From: an uncultured Collinsella sp.
GTDB lineage: Bacteria; Actinomycetota; Coriobacteriia; Coriobacteriales; Coriobacteriaceae
DNA length: 64,000 nucleotides
Assembly: GCA_900541065.1 (NCBI GenBank)
Contig: UQIE01000006.1
Location: 2,711 to 66,710, forward strand
Reading direction: 5' to 3'
This document shows, in pieces, positions 52,459 to 62,642 of the stretch. Position 1 is the first letter of the stretch. Each line of letters begins with the position of its first letter. The notes beneath the pieces were generated by a model. The model worked only from the letters and a program-made list of their open reading frames with translations, was not told where the DNA came from and made no database searches. The position numbers and the translations under genes are program-made.

Positions 52459-54263
52459 AGCCCAACAACCCCACTGTCAGCGACAACACCGAAAGCGGAG
52501 CACTCAATATGGTCAAGCTCACTATCGATAATTGCGAGGTCATGGTACCCGAGCACACCACGATCCTGGACGCGGCCAAGTCCGCCGGCATCCAGATTCC
52601 CACCCTGTGCTACCTGCGCGATCTAAACGAGATCGGCGGTTGCCGCGTGTGCGTGGTCGAGGTTGAGGGCTGCGACCAGCTGGTTGCCGCCTGCAACAAC
52701 TACGTGCTCGACGGCATGGTGGTCCACACTAACAGCCCCAAGGCCCGCGAGGCGCGTCGCACCAACGTGCAGCTGCTGCTGTCCCAGCACGACTCGCGCT
52801 GTACGAGCTGCGTGCGCAGTGGTAACTGCAACCTGCAGACCATCGCCAACGACCTGGGCATCTTCTATCTGCCGTACGAGCAGCACCTGGCGCGCGAGGG
52901 CTGGGATTTCGATTTCCCCATCATCCGCGATAACGACAAGTGCATCAAATGCATGCGCTGCATCAAGGTGTGCGAGAGCGTGCAGGGCTTAGGGATTTGG
53001 GATCTGACCAACCGCGCCACGCATACCGCCGTGGGCACCCGCGGGCGTGCGCCGATCGGCAAGACCGATTGCGTCGCGTGCGGCCAGTGCATCACGCATT
53101 GCCCGACGGGCGCCCTGCGCGAGCGTGACGATACCGAGACCGTGTTCGATGCCATCGCCGATCCCGACAAGATCGTGCTGGTGCAGATTGCGCCGGCCGT
53201 GCGTAGCGCCTGGGGCGAGGAGCTCGGCATTCCGCGCGAGGAGGCTACTGTCGAGCGCCTGGCTTGTGCGCTGCGCCGCGTGGGCTTTGAGTACGTGTTC
53301 GATACCGATTTCTCGGCCGACCTCACCATTATGGAGGAGGGCTCCGAGCTGCTCGAGCGCCTGGGTAAGGCCGCCAAGGGCGAGGGCGACAGCCGCAGCT
53401 GGCCCATGTTCACGAGCTGCTGCCCGGGCTGGGTACGCTTTGTGAAGGCGCGCTACCCGGAGTTTGTCGACAGCCTGTCCACGTCCAAGTCGCCGCAGCA
53501 GATGTTTGGCGCCATCGCCAAGACCTACTACGCCAAGGTGCTGGGCGTGGAGCCCGAGCGTCTGTTTGTGGTGTCCGTGATGCCGTGCACGGCCAAGAAG
53601 GCCGAGTGCGCGCTGCCGAGCATGGTGGGCGAGGACGGCACGCCCGATGTGGACGTTGCGCTGACGGTGCGCGAGACGGTGCGCATGATCCGCGCGAGCC
53701 ACGTGAGCGTCGACACGCTGGTTGAGGAGCCGCTCGACACGCCGCTGGGCTTTGGCACGGGCGCGGGTGTGATCTTTGGCGCCACGGGCGGCGTGATGGA
53801 GGCTGCCGTGCGTTCGGCCTATTACCTGGTGACGGGCAAGAACCCCGACGCCGACTTCTTTACCGATGTGCGCGGCCTGGACGGCTGGAAGGAGGCCGTG
53901 GCCGGTATCGATGGCACCAAGGTGCGCGTCGCCGTGGCGCACGGGCTAGGCAACGCCGCCCGTCTGCTCGACGCGATTCGCGACGGCCGCGTGAGCTATG
54001 ACTTCGTTGAGGTCATGGCATGCCCGGGCGGCTGCGTCGGTGGCGGCGGTCAGCCCATCCACGACGGCTGCGAGCTGGCAGCCGAGCGCGGTCAGGTGCT
54101 GTGGGGTCTGGATGCCGCTGCGGACATTCGCTTCTCGCACGAGAATCCCGATGTCCAGGCGTGCTACCGCGAGTTCTTGGGCGAGCCGCTCTCGCCGCTG
54201 GCCGAGGAGCTGCTGCATACCGACCATCACGCATGGACGATGCCTAACGAGGGGACGTGCTAG
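52452..54263 (+). CDS. hydA: [FeFe]-hydrogenase catalytic subunit with N-terminal 2Fe-2S and 4Fe-4S ferredoxin-like domains
   Basis: H-cluster motifs L1 TSCCPGW, L2 MPCTAKKAE, L3 EVMACPGGCVGGGGQP; overlaps the upstream oxidoreductase gene by 7 nt. Confidence 0.92.
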   Translation: MVEPNNPTVSDNTESGALNMVKLTIDNCEVMVPEHTTILDAAKSAGIQIPTLCYLRDLNEIGGCRVCVVEVEGCDQLVAACNNYVLDGMVVHTNSPKAREARRTNVQLLLSQHDSRCTSCVRSGNCNLQTIANDLGIFYLPYEQHLAREGWDFDFPIIRDNDKCIKCMRCIKVCESVQGLGIWDLTNRATHTAVGTRGRAPIGKTDCVACGQCITHCPTGALRERDDTETVFDAIADPDKIVLVQIAPAVRSAWGEELGIPREEATVERLACALRRVGFEYVFDTDFSADLTIMEEGSELLERLGKAAKGEGDSRSWPMFTSCCPGWVRFVKARYPEFVDSLSTSKSPQQMFGAIAKTYYAKVLGVEPERLFVVSVMPCTAKKAECALPSMVGEDGTPDVDVALTVRETVRMIRASHVSVDTLVEEPLDTPLGFGTGAGVIFGATGGVMEAAVRSAYYLVTGKNPDADFFTDVRGLDGWKEAVAGIDGTKVRVAVAHGLGNAARLLDAIRDGRVSYDFVEVMACPGGCVGGGGQPIHDGCELAAERGQVLWGLDAAADIRFSHENPDVQACYREFLGEPLSPLAEELLHTDHHAWTMPNEGTC

Positions 54264-54265
54264 CG

Positions 54266-55321
54266 ATGCGCGCGTTTGATTTTGAGATGTCGCGCCGGGG
54301 GTTTGCCTCGGCGCTCGCCGCGGGCGCCCTGTCGCTTGCGCTCGCGGGCTGTGGCGGCGGGGCTGCCGGTACCGGGTCCGCCGCGGGCTCGGCTGCCACG
54401 GACGGCGCCGGTGCTGCTGCAGAGCCGGTCGAGGTGCACGTCGCCTCGCTCAAGGGGCCGACCTCGATTGGTCTGGTGCAGTTTATGGACCGGGCGGCCG
54501 ATGGTGCCACGGACAACGAGTTCGACTTTGCGATCAACACCGCCGCCGACGAGATTGTGCCCAAGGTCATTCAGGGCGATATCGACATTGCCCTGGTGCC
54601 GGCCAACGTGGCGAGCGTGCTCTACAACAAGACCGAGGGCGCGGTGCAGGTCATCGACATCAACACGCTGGGCGTGCTGAACGTGGTGACGGGCGACGCG
54701 AGTGTGACCTCGTTTGGCGATCTGGCGGGTCGCACCGTCTACATGACGGGCAAGGGCACCACGCCAGAGTACGTCATGAACTACCTGCTGGAGCGCGCGG
54801 GCCTGACCGGCCAGGTGGCGCTCGAGTTTAAGAGCGAGCCCACCGAGGTGCTGTCGGCCCTGCTTGCCGACCCGTCCGCCGTGGGCGTGCTGCCGGAGCC
54901 GTTCAAGACCGCTGCCATCGCCAAGAGCGAGGGCAAGCTGTCGGCACCGGTGAGCCTGACTGATGTGTGGGACGAACTGGCGGGTGACACGGGCTCCCGT
55001 TTGCTGACGGGCGTGACCGTGGTGCGCCGTGCCTTTGCCGAGGAGCATCCCGAGGCCGTGACGGAATTCTTGAGCTGCCATGCGGCGAGCGTGAAGGCCG
55101 TGAACGCGGCGCCGGCGGACTGGGCGCAGGCCGTGGTCGATGCAGGCATCGTGGATAACGCCACGATTGCCGAAAAGGCGATTCCCGGGTGCATGCTCGT
55201 GCGCCAGACGGGGAAGGATATGAAGGCGGCGCTCGGTGGGTACCTGCAGGTGCTGGCCGATGCGGACGCGAGCGCCGTGGGTGGCAAGCTCCCGGCTGAC
55301 GATTTCTACTACATGGAGTAG
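54266..55321 (+). CDS. ABC transporter substrate-binding lipoprotein, NitT/TauT (NMT1/SsuA/ThiY-like) family
   Basis: Lipobox LALAGCGG; periplasmic-binding fold similar to SsuA/TauA; starts 3 nt after the hydA stop. Confidence 0.7.
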   Translation: MRAFDFEMSRRGFASALAAGALSLALAGCGGGAAGTGSAAGSAATDGAGAAAEPVEVHVASLKGPTSIGLVQFMDRAADGATDNEFDFAINTAADEIVPKVIQGDIDIALVPANVASVLYNKTEGAVQVIDINTLGVLNVVTGDASVTSFGDLAGRTVYMTGKGTTPEYVMNYLLERAGLTGQVALEFKSEPTEVLSALLADPSAVGVLPEPFKTAAIAKSEGKLSAPVSLTDVWDELAGDTGSRLLTGVTVVRRAFAEEHPEAVTEFLSCHAASVKAVNAAPADWAQAVVDAGIVDNATIAEKAIPGCMLVRQTGKDMKAALGGYLQVLADADASAVGGKLPADDFYYME

Positions 55322-55324
55322 CCC

Positions 55325-56701
55325 GTGCGTGCGTTTGCTCGACAAATGACGGAGCGTATGAAGGCGGTGGCGGCAGCAGGTGCCGTCGCCGCCTTTTGGC
55401 TTGCCGCGTGGATGCTGGTGGCGGCGCTGGTGGCGCAGCCGTTGATCTTGCCTGGGCCGGGTGTTGTTGCCCTGGCGCTGCTGCGCCTGGTGCGCGATGG
55501 CGGTACCTGGGCGATTTTGGCGGGCTCGGGCGCGCGAATACTGGGCGGGCTGGCGCTTGCCGCGGCGTGTGGTGGCGTGCTTGCCGGGATTTCGTCACGT
55601 TCGCGGGCGTTTGCGCACCTGGTGGCTCCGGCACTGTCGTTTGTAAAGGCGACGCCGGTCGCCTGCGTGGTGGTCCTGCTGCTCATTTGGCTGGGGTCGG
55701 CGCGCGTGAGCATCGCGGCGGTCTTTTTGATGGCGCTGCCGGGCGTGTATTTTTCGCTGGCCGAGGGCTTGGCACAAGTGGATAAACCGCTGGAGCAGAT
55801 GTTCCGTCTGCATGGCGTGCGCGGCTGGCGCCTGTTTTGCGTCCATACCTGGCGCGAGGTGCTGCCGTTTGTGCTTTCGTGCGCCCGCGCCGTGATCGGC
55901 ATGAGCTGGAAGGCCGGCGTGGCAGCCGAGCTGATCGGCATGGCGGTGGGCACCGTGGGTGAGCGCATCTATCAGGCAAAGCTTTTGATTGAGACGGCTG
56001 ATCTGCTGGCGTGGACCGTGTTGGTCGTAGCCGCCTCGTGGGCGTGTGAGCGCGTGCTGGTGTGGCTTCTGCGGGTTTCGGGGCCCGTGGCGTGGCGCGC
56101 GGCCGTGCGGGCGCATGGGCATGGACTGCGCGGGCGTGCGGGGGCTGCGAGCGATGGCGCTGCGGCGGAGCTTGCGCTTGCCGTGGGCGATCGCGCGCCG
56201 TGGGCTCCGGCACTGGACGGTCTGGCGCTCAACGTGCCCGCGGGCGGGCGTATCTGTGTGATGGGTGCTTCGGGTGCGGGCAAGTCGACGCTGCTTGCGC
56301 TAGCGGCGGGGGAGTCCGCGCCGTGCTCGATGGTGTTTCAGGATGCACGCTTGGTCGAATCCGCCTCGGCGCTGGATAACGTGTTGGTGTGCGCCGATGC
56401 GCGCGTGGATGCTTCGAGCGCCGCGGCATTGCTGTGCCTGCTGGTGCCAGGGATCGACGTGCATGCTCGCGTGGCCGAGCTTTCGGGCGGGCAGCGCCGT
56501 CGCGTCGAGATCGCTCGAGTCCTGCTGTGCCCGGGCGGCGCCGTTATTCTGGACGAGCCCTTTACCGGTCTAGATACCGCCGCACGCGACGCATGCGCCG
56601 AGGCTGTGCTCGACCTGCTCGACGGCCGTATGCTGTTGCTTGCCACGCACGATGTCGCCGACGCTCAGGCCCTCGATATCTCGGACATCACCACGCTCTA
56701 A
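55325..56701 (+). CDS. fused ABC transporter permease (N-terminal) and ATP-binding (C-terminal) protein, NitT/TauT family
   Basis: N-terminal 6-TM permease; C-terminal Walker A GASGAGKST, signature LSGGQRRRV, Walker B ILDEPFTGLD, H-loop ATHD. Confidence 0.7.
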   Translation: MRAFARQMTERMKAVAAAGAVAAFWLAAWMLVAALVAQPLILPGPGVVALALLRLVRDGGTWAILAGSGARILGGLALAAACGGVLAGISSRSRAFAHLVAPALSFVKATPVACVVVLLLIWLGSARVSIAAVFLMALPGVYFSLAEGLAQVDKPLEQMFRLHGVRGWRLFCVHTWREVLPFVLSCARAVIGMSWKAGVAAELIGMAVGTVGERIYQAKLLIETADLLAWTVLVVAASWACERVLVWLLRVSGPVAWRAAVRAHGHGLRGRAGAASDGAAAELALAVGDRAPWAPALDGLALNVPAGGRICVMGASGAGKSTLLALAAGESAPCSMVFQDARLVESASALDNVLVCADARVDASSAAALLCLLVPGIDVHARVAELSGGQRRRVEIARVLLCPGGAVILDEPFTGLDTAARDACAEAVLDLLDGRMLLLATHDVADAQALDISDITTL

Positions 56702-56916
56702 AAACTAACTCAGCAACAAAATGATCCATTTTCCTCCGTCCCCATGGGGTCGGGTGTGGTATTCTATCTGCGGGGTAATACTTAGGAATACCAAGTAATA
56801 CCAACGCTGCAGAAACAAACTCCGGATGCGGGCCAATCGGGTTGCCTTCACAGCCCGTCGCCCAGCCGCGTGGCCCGCATCTATCCGCACTACCGTCGTT
56901 TCAAAAAGGAAGCGCC

Positions 56917-57138
56917 ATGGCAGAACACATGACCCCCATAGTCGCGAAGGTCTTGCCCGAGGAGAAGGCGGCCTTCGCGGCGGCAACCCAGCTCGTGGGC
57001 ACCACGCCGTCCAACGCCATCCGCATGTTTATCGCCGCGTTCAATCGCTGCGGCACCTTCCCGTTTGACATCTCGCCCAACGGGGCCTTTGGCAAAGAGT
57101 GTCCCCAACAGCTAGTCGTTGAAGAACGTCCCCAATGA
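56917..57138 (+). CDS. RelB/DinJ-family antitoxin-like small protein (no cognate toxin adjacent); 3' end runs into family C repeats
   Basis: MAEHMTPIVAKVLPEEKAAFAAATQLVGTTPSNAIRMFIAAFNRCGTFPFD resembles a DinJ ribbon-helix-helix antitoxin. Confidence 0.55.
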   Translation: MAEHMTPIVAKVLPEEKAAFAAATQLVGTTPSNAIRMFIAAFNRCGTFPFDISPNGAFGKECPQQLVVEERPQ

Positions 57139-57161
57139 CTAGTCGTCGGGAGGAGGTTGGC

Positions 57162-58073
57162 ATGCTCAATGCGATGATTTGGGCGCTTGCCTGTTTTGGC
57201 GTCGTCGCTGCCGATATTGCCCTGAGCGTCGTTTTGTTCTCCGCCCTTGGCGTCGCATCGGTGTTCATGGGTTTTTCGATCGATGGCCTCGACATTCAAT
57301 TGCTTCAGGCCGTCGCGCAGGCGGCATCTTTTTTGATGGCGCTACTGTGGTGGCGTTATCTGTGGCCGCGTTCGTTTATGGCACGCCGGCAAAGCGAGCG
57401 TCCGCTTGGTGGGGGAGCGCGTGGGGCGTGGAAACGCATCGCCTGCGTTATCGTGATTGGCCTGGCCCTGCAGGTGGTCGTTGGCTACGTGACCGACGCC
57501 GTGCTGTCGCTGTTGCCCGAGGCCGCGGCCGACTACAGCGAGCTTGTCGAGGAAACAGGCATGGGCGACACCAGCTATCTCGCCGTCCTGACTACGGTGC
57601 TCGGCGCCCCATTTTGTGAAGAGCTGCTGGTGCGCGGCATTATTTTTGAGTTTTCGCTTCGAGCGTTTAATCCGCAGTGCCGCCCACTTTGGAAGCGCCG
57701 GCGTCGTGCGAGCGCGCAGGACGGAGCCATGGTGCCCTGGGCGGCCCCAAGCACGTGGGGTATCGCCGCGGCAATTGTGCTGCAGGCGGCAATCTTCGGT
57801 TTTATGCACATGAATTGGGTGCAGGGTTGCTACGCGGGTGCCGCCGGCCTCATCTTTGGTTGGGTGCTCGCGACGACCGGAAAGCTCCGCTACACGATTC
57901 TGTTGCACTTTGCCTTTAATGCCGGGTCGTATCTCATGGGGCTGCTGTGGTTTGTGGACACGCCGTTCGGCGTGGTGGTCACGGTTGCCATCGCCGGCGT
58001 CATCCTCGTTGAGGCAATGCGCTCGCTGCGCCACGCGTGTGGGACGGACGCAGCGAGCGCACCGCTGCCCTAG
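57162..58073 (+). CDS. CPBP-family intramembrane metalloprotease (CAAX protease / bacteriocin-immunity-like, PF02517)
   Basis: Motifs EELLVRG, FGFMH and HFAFN; multi-TM; GGGAGGAGG RBS. Confidence 0.8.
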   Translation: MLNAMIWALACFGVVAADIALSVVLFSALGVASVFMGFSIDGLDIQLLQAVAQAASFLMALLWWRYLWPRSFMARRQSERPLGGGARGAWKRIACVIVIGLALQVVVGYVTDAVLSLLPEAAADYSELVEETGMGDTSYLAVLTTVLGAPFCEELLVRGIIFEFSLRAFNPQCRPLWKRRRRASAQDGAMVPWAAPSTWGIAAAIVLQAAIFGFMHMNWVQGCYAGAAGLIFGWVLATTGKLRYTILLHFAFNAGSYLMGLLWFVDTPFGVVVTVAIAGVILVEAMRSLRHACGTDAASAPLP

Positions 58074-60208
58074 TTGCGGCGTCCGCCTCCGTTGGCGCCC
58101 TGACGCCCCTGGGCCGCGCGATTGCGACCGGCAGTGTTCTGTGCGCGCGACATGCCGCTGTGCCCCTTGCTACCCTTGGGCCCCTTGCCGGCGCCACCGT
58201 GGGCCTTACCGCCCTTCTTGCCGGTTCCATGCCCGCCGTTGGCAGATGTCTCGCCCGGGCGCGGCGGCACGGGACGAATCAGGCAATGCTTGGTGTAGCC
58301 AATCAGATCGCGGCGGCCGGCTTTTTCCAGCGCCTCGCGCACGAGCTTGTAGTTCTCGGGCTTGCGATACTGGATGAGCGCACGTTGCATGGCCTTCTCG
58401 TGCGGGTCGCGCGCCACGTAGATCGGCTCCATGGTGCGCGGATCCACGCCGGTGTAGTACATGCAGGTCGACATGGTGGATGGGGTGGGGTAGAAGTCCT
58501 GCACCTGCTCGGGCATGTAGCCCATGTCGCGCACGGCTTCGGCAAGGTCCACGGCTTCCTTCATCGTTGAACCGGGGTGGCTCGATATCAGATACGGCAC
58601 CACGTACTGCTTGAGTCCGTATTCGCGGTTCAAGCGCTCAAATTTACGGCAGAACGCGTCGTAGACGGCGCGGCTCGGCTTGCCCATCACGGACAGCACC
58701 GCATCGCTCACGTGCTCGGGTGCTACGCGTAGCTGGCCCGAGACATGGTGCTCCAGCAGCTCGCGCAAAAACTCGTCCGAGGCGTCGGCCATGGTGTAGT
58801 CAAAGCGGATGCCGCTGCGGACGAAGACCTTTTTGACGCCCGGCAGCTGACGCAGGTCGCGCAGCAGCTGCGTGTAGCCGCTCTCGTCGACCACCATGTT
58901 CTTGCACACGCTCGGCCACAGGCAGCGCTTGTTCTTGCACACGCCGTGCTTGAGCTGTTTGTCGCAGGCGGGACGGCTAAAGTTGGCCGTCGGTCCTCCC
59001 ACGTCGTTGATGTAGCCCTTAAACTCGGGATCGCGCGTGAGCAGCTCGGCCTCGCGCATGATCGAATCGTGGCTGCGCATCTGCAGCACGCGACCCTGGT
59101 GGAAGGTGAGGGCGCAAAACGAGCACTCACCAAAGCACCCGCGGTTGGAGCTAATGGAAAACTTGATCTCGGCAAAGGCCGGCACGCCGCCCGCCGCGTC
59201 GTAATCGGGATGCCAATCGCGTGCGTAGGGGAGTTCGGCAACCTCGTCCATCTCGTCGGTGGTGAGCGTCGCCGATGGCGGGTTCTGCACTACATAGACG
59301 CTGTTGGGGTAGGGCTCTACCAGGCGGTGTCCGGTGATGGGGTCCATATTCTGCTGCTGCACATTGAAGCTGCGCGCGTAGTTGAGCTTGTCGGCGGCAA
59401 GGTCGTCCCAGCTGGGCAGCAGGTCGTAGTCGTAGACCTCGTCGAGCGAACCCGTGCGGTAGACGGTGCCGTTGATATAGGTGATCTGATCGACGGGCAG
59501 CCCCGCGTCGAGCGCGTCGGCAATCTCGACAATCGCGTGCTCGCCCATGCCGTAGATGAGGATGTCGGCGCCCGAGTCGAGCAGTACCGAGCGCTTGAGC
59601 TTGTCCTGCCAGTAGTCGTAGTGGGCCAGACGGCGCAGGCTCGCCTCGATACCGCCGATGATGATGGGGGCATCCTTAAACGTCTGGCGAATGAGGTTGC
59701 CGTAGACCGTAACGGCTCGGTTGGGGCGGCGCCCCTCCTCGCCACCGGGGGTATAGGCGTCGGTGTGGCGGCGGTGCTTGGTCACCGAATAATGATTGAC
59801 CATAGAGTCCATGTTGCCGGCACTGACGAGAAAGCCTAGGCGCGGCTCGCCGAGCACGGTGATGCTGGCGGGGTCGGTCCAGTCGGGTTGGCAGATGATG
59901 CCCACTTTGTAGCCGTGCGCGTCGAGGACGCGGCTGATGATGGCCATGCCAAAGCTGGGATGGTCCACGTAGGCGTCGCCGCAGATGTAGACAAAGTCGC
60001 ACTGGTCCCAGCCGCGTGCATCCATGTCGGCTCGACTGACGGGGAGGAATTTATCGCGGCTCGGACGCCAGGGGCGGACGGGCGTCGCTTGGGAATGCTT
60101 GGTGCGGGCGACCGTGGCCTGCGCCTTGCCGCCGCGCTTTTGCTGCTGGCCCTGTTTGCCCTGCTGACTGCGCTGGTTGTTCTGAGCGTGCTGAGGCTTT
60201 TTTGCCAC
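58070..60208 (-). CDS. ygiQ: YgiQ-family radical SAM protein (UPF0313) with basic Lys/Gly/Gln-rich N- and C-terminal extensions
   Basis: Core FLPVSRADMDARGWDQCDFVYICGDAYVDHPSFGMAII; radical SAM CFGECSFC; GTG start preceded by GGAGGGA; both tails are K/G/Q-rich. Confidence 0.85.
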   Translation of the reverse strand: MAKKPQHAQNNQRSQQGKQGQQQKRGGKAQATVARTKHSQATPVRPWRPSRDKFLPVSRADMDARGWDQCDFVYICGDAYVDHPSFGMAIISRVLDAHGYKVGIICQPDWTDPASITVLGEPRLGFLVSAGNMDSMVNHYSVTKHRRHTDAYTPGGEEGRRPNRAVTVYGNLIRQTFKDAPIIIGGIEASLRRLAHYDYWQDKLKRSVLLDSGADILIYGMGEHAIVEIADALDAGLPVDQITYINGTVYRTGSLDEVYDYDLLPSWDDLAADKLNYARSFNVQQQNMDPITGHRLVEPYPNSVYVVQNPPSATLTTDEMDEVAELPYARDWHPDYDAAGGVPAFAEIKFSISSNRGCFGECSFCALTFHQGRVLQMRSHDSIMREAELLTRDPEFKGYINDVGGPTANFSRPACDKQLKHGVCKNKRCLWPSVCKNMVVDESGYTQLLRDLRQLPGVKKVFVRSGIRFDYTMADASDEFLRELLEHHVSGQLRVAPEHVSDAVLSVMGKPSRAVYDAFCRKFERLNREYGLKQYVVPYLISSHPGSTMKEAVDLAEAVRDMGYMPEQVQDFYPTPSTMSTCMYYTGVDPRTMEPIYVARDPHEKAMQRALIQYRKPENYKLVREALEKAGRRDLIGYTKHCLIRPVPPRPGETSANGGHGTGKKGGKAHGGAGKGPKGSKGHSGMSRAQNTAGRNRAAQGRQGANGGGRRN

Positions 60209-60470
60209 GATCCCTCCCGGTGTTTGTATGCTGCACGTAATTGTAACCAGTCTTTTTGGGACGGGGCTAAAAAGACTGGTGGAGTACATGGGCTGGCGGA
60301 CCGGCGTGTCGATGCGGGTGCTGTACCCGCCGTTTGTTTCCAGGCTGTGTATCTGCACGTTGGAGAACCCGTCTCGCGCGCACGCCATGTTGTCAATGGG
60401 TTACAGTATGAACGGCGGCTATGTTTCCGCCAACGCACGAGAGAGTCGTCAACAAGGAGGATGCACGACG

Positions 60471-61187
60471 ATGCAGCGTGCTAAACAGATGTCGGAGTCT
60501 ATTGAGCTGGGCATCATCTTGGCGCTCGCCGGTGGCTTTATGGACGTGTATTCGTACATTGGGCGCGACCATGTTTTCGCAAACGCGCAGACGGGCAACA
60601 TCCTGCTTGTGGGCGTGAGCATCTCGGAGGGCAATTGGACACTTGCGGGGCGCTACTTCTTCCCTGTGGTGTCGTTTGCCGTGGGCATTATGCTTGCCGA
60701 CCTGGTACACGAACGGTTTGGCAGTGTGATTCACTGGCGCCAGGTGACGGTGTTCTTTGAAGCCGTCATCTTGCTGGGCGTGAGCTTTATCCCCGGTGGC
60801 GGTTACAACCTGCTCGCCAACTGCCTCACTTCGTTTGCCTGCGGCATGCAGGTCGAGAGCTTCCGCAAGATTCACGGTCATGGCATCGCTACGACCATGT
60901 GCATCGGCAACTTGCGCAACGCGCTGCAAAACGTGGACGATTACATCATCACCCACAGGCGCGGCTTTTTGGAAAACGGCCTGCTGTACTTTGGCGTGAT
61001 CTTTACCTTTGTGTTTGGCGCCGTGTTGGGCAACTGGTGTATTGAGCGCATGGGCCTGCACGCCATCGTCGTGGCGAGCTTGCTGCTGTTTGTCGCGTTT
61101 GCCATCATGTTCATCGACCGCGAGCGCGACTTGCGCTTACGCTGGAAGGTTGCGGCCGAGGCTTGGAAAGAGGGCTGTCGAAAGTAA
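60471..61187 (+). CDS. DUF1275 (YoaK-like) family membrane protein
   Basis: AAGGAGG RBS; ...LALAGGFMDVYSYIGRDHVFANAQTGN... is the typical DUF1275 N-terminus. Confidence 0.75.
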   Translation: MQRAKQMSESIELGIILALAGGFMDVYSYIGRDHVFANAQTGNILLVGVSISEGNWTLAGRYFFPVVSFAVGIMLADLVHERFGSVIHWRQVTVFFEAVILLGVSFIPGGGYNLLANCLTSFACGMQVESFRKIHGHGIATTMCIGNLRNALQNVDDYIITHRRGFLENGLLYFGVIFTFVFGAVLGNWCIERMGLHAIVVASLLLFVAFAIMFIDRERDLRLRWKVAAEAWKEGCRK

Positions 61188-61352
61188 CCGAATGCGGCAA
61201 AGGGGCTGTCCCTTTGCCGCAATATTTTTCATCACCTGTTGAAACGCTTTAACAAATTTGACGTTCTCACGCGTTTTTTGTTTCAAAAGCGTTAGGATGG
61301 GACTCATAGCGTGGGGCGTAATGGGTGCCCCGCACACGATGGGAGGCTATCA

Positions 61353-62519
61353 ATGGCTAATCGTTTCGTTCTCAACACCATTTCTTATCATGGTTCCGGC
61401 GCCATCAAGGAGATCCCCGGCGAGCTCCAGCGTCGCGGCTACAAGAAGATCTTCGTCTGCTCCGACCCCGATCTGGTCAAGTTCGGCGTTACCGCTAAGG
61501 TGACCGACGAGCTCGACGCTGCCGGCATCGCTTGGAGCCTCTACTCCGAGATCAAGCCCAACCCCACTATCCAGAACGTCAAGGACGGCGTCGAGGCCTT
61601 CAAGGCCGCCGAGGCTGACGCTATCGTGACCATCGGTGGCGGCTCCTCCATGGACACCGCTAAGGCCATTGGCATCATCATCAACAACCCCGAGTTCGCC
61701 GATGTCCGCAGCCTCGAGGGCGTTGCTCCCACTAAGAACCACGCCGTGTTCACCATCGCTGTGCCGACGACCGCTGGTACCGCCGCCGAGGTGACCATCA
61801 ACTACGTCATCACCGACCCCGAGAAGGTCCGCAAGTTCGTGTGCGTCGACACCAACGACGCCCCCGAGGTCGCCGTCGTCGATCCTGACATGATGGCTTC
61901 CATGCCCGCCGGCCTGACCGCTTCCACTGGTATGGACGCTCTGACCCACGCCATCGAGGGCTACACCACCAAGGGTGCTTGGGAGCTCTCTGACATGTTC
62001 CACTTTGAGGCTATTAAGCTGATCAGCGAGAACCTGCGTGACTCCGTCGCCGAGGCCAAGTCCGGCCAGCCCGGCTCCGGCCGCGAGGGCATGGCCCTTG
62101 GCCAGTATGTCGCCGGCATGGGCTTCTCCAACGTTGGCCTGGGCATCGACCACGCAATGGCTCACACCCTGTCTGCTCACTACGACACCCCGCACGGCGT
62201 CGCTTGCGCCATGCTGCTGCCGATCGCCATGGAGTTCAACAAGCCGGTTTGCGCTGAGCGCCTGGCCAAGGTTGCCCTTGCCATGGGTGTTGACACCACG
62301 GGCATGAGCACCGACGAGGCTGCCGACGCCGCTATCGCCGCCGTCAAGCAGCTTTCCGCCGACGTGAATATCCCGCACGTCTGCGAGGCTATGAAGGCCG
62401 ACGAGATCGAGGTTCTGGCCAAGGACGCCATGGCCGACGCCTGCTTCCCGGGTAACCCGCGCGAGGCAACGCTCGACGACGTCATCGAGCTCTTCAAGAA
62501 GATCTGCCCGGCTGCTTAA
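61353..62519 (+). CDS. iron-containing alcohol dehydrogenase (lactaldehyde/1,2-propanediol oxidoreductase FucO-like)
   Basis: GGGSSMDTAKA motif; metal-binding His residues (GIDHAMAHTLSAHY...PHG). Confidence 0.88.
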   Translation: MANRFVLNTISYHGSGAIKEIPGELQRRGYKKIFVCSDPDLVKFGVTAKVTDELDAAGIAWSLYSEIKPNPTIQNVKDGVEAFKAAEADAIVTIGGGSSMDTAKAIGIIINNPEFADVRSLEGVAPTKNHAVFTIAVPTTAGTAAEVTINYVITDPEKVRKFVCVDTNDAPEVAVVDPDMMASMPAGLTASTGMDALTHAIEGYTTKGAWELSDMFHFEAIKLISENLRDSVAEAKSGQPGSGREGMALGQYVAGMGFSNVGLGIDHAMAHTLSAHYDTPHGVACAMLLPIAMEFNKPVCAERLAKVALAMGVDTTGMSTDEAADAAIAAVKQLSADVNIPHVCEAMKADEIEVLAKDAMADACFPGNPREATLDDVIELFKKICPAA

Positions 62520-62642
62520 CCTGGTTCGGCGGGCACTGTTCAGAAGAGCTCGATGGGTCATCTCGCTGGGTAAATATTTGTGCGTGATGGTATCGTTGTT
62601 GGGGCTTTTACTGATTACGGGATGTTGACTTTGGAGTTGTGG

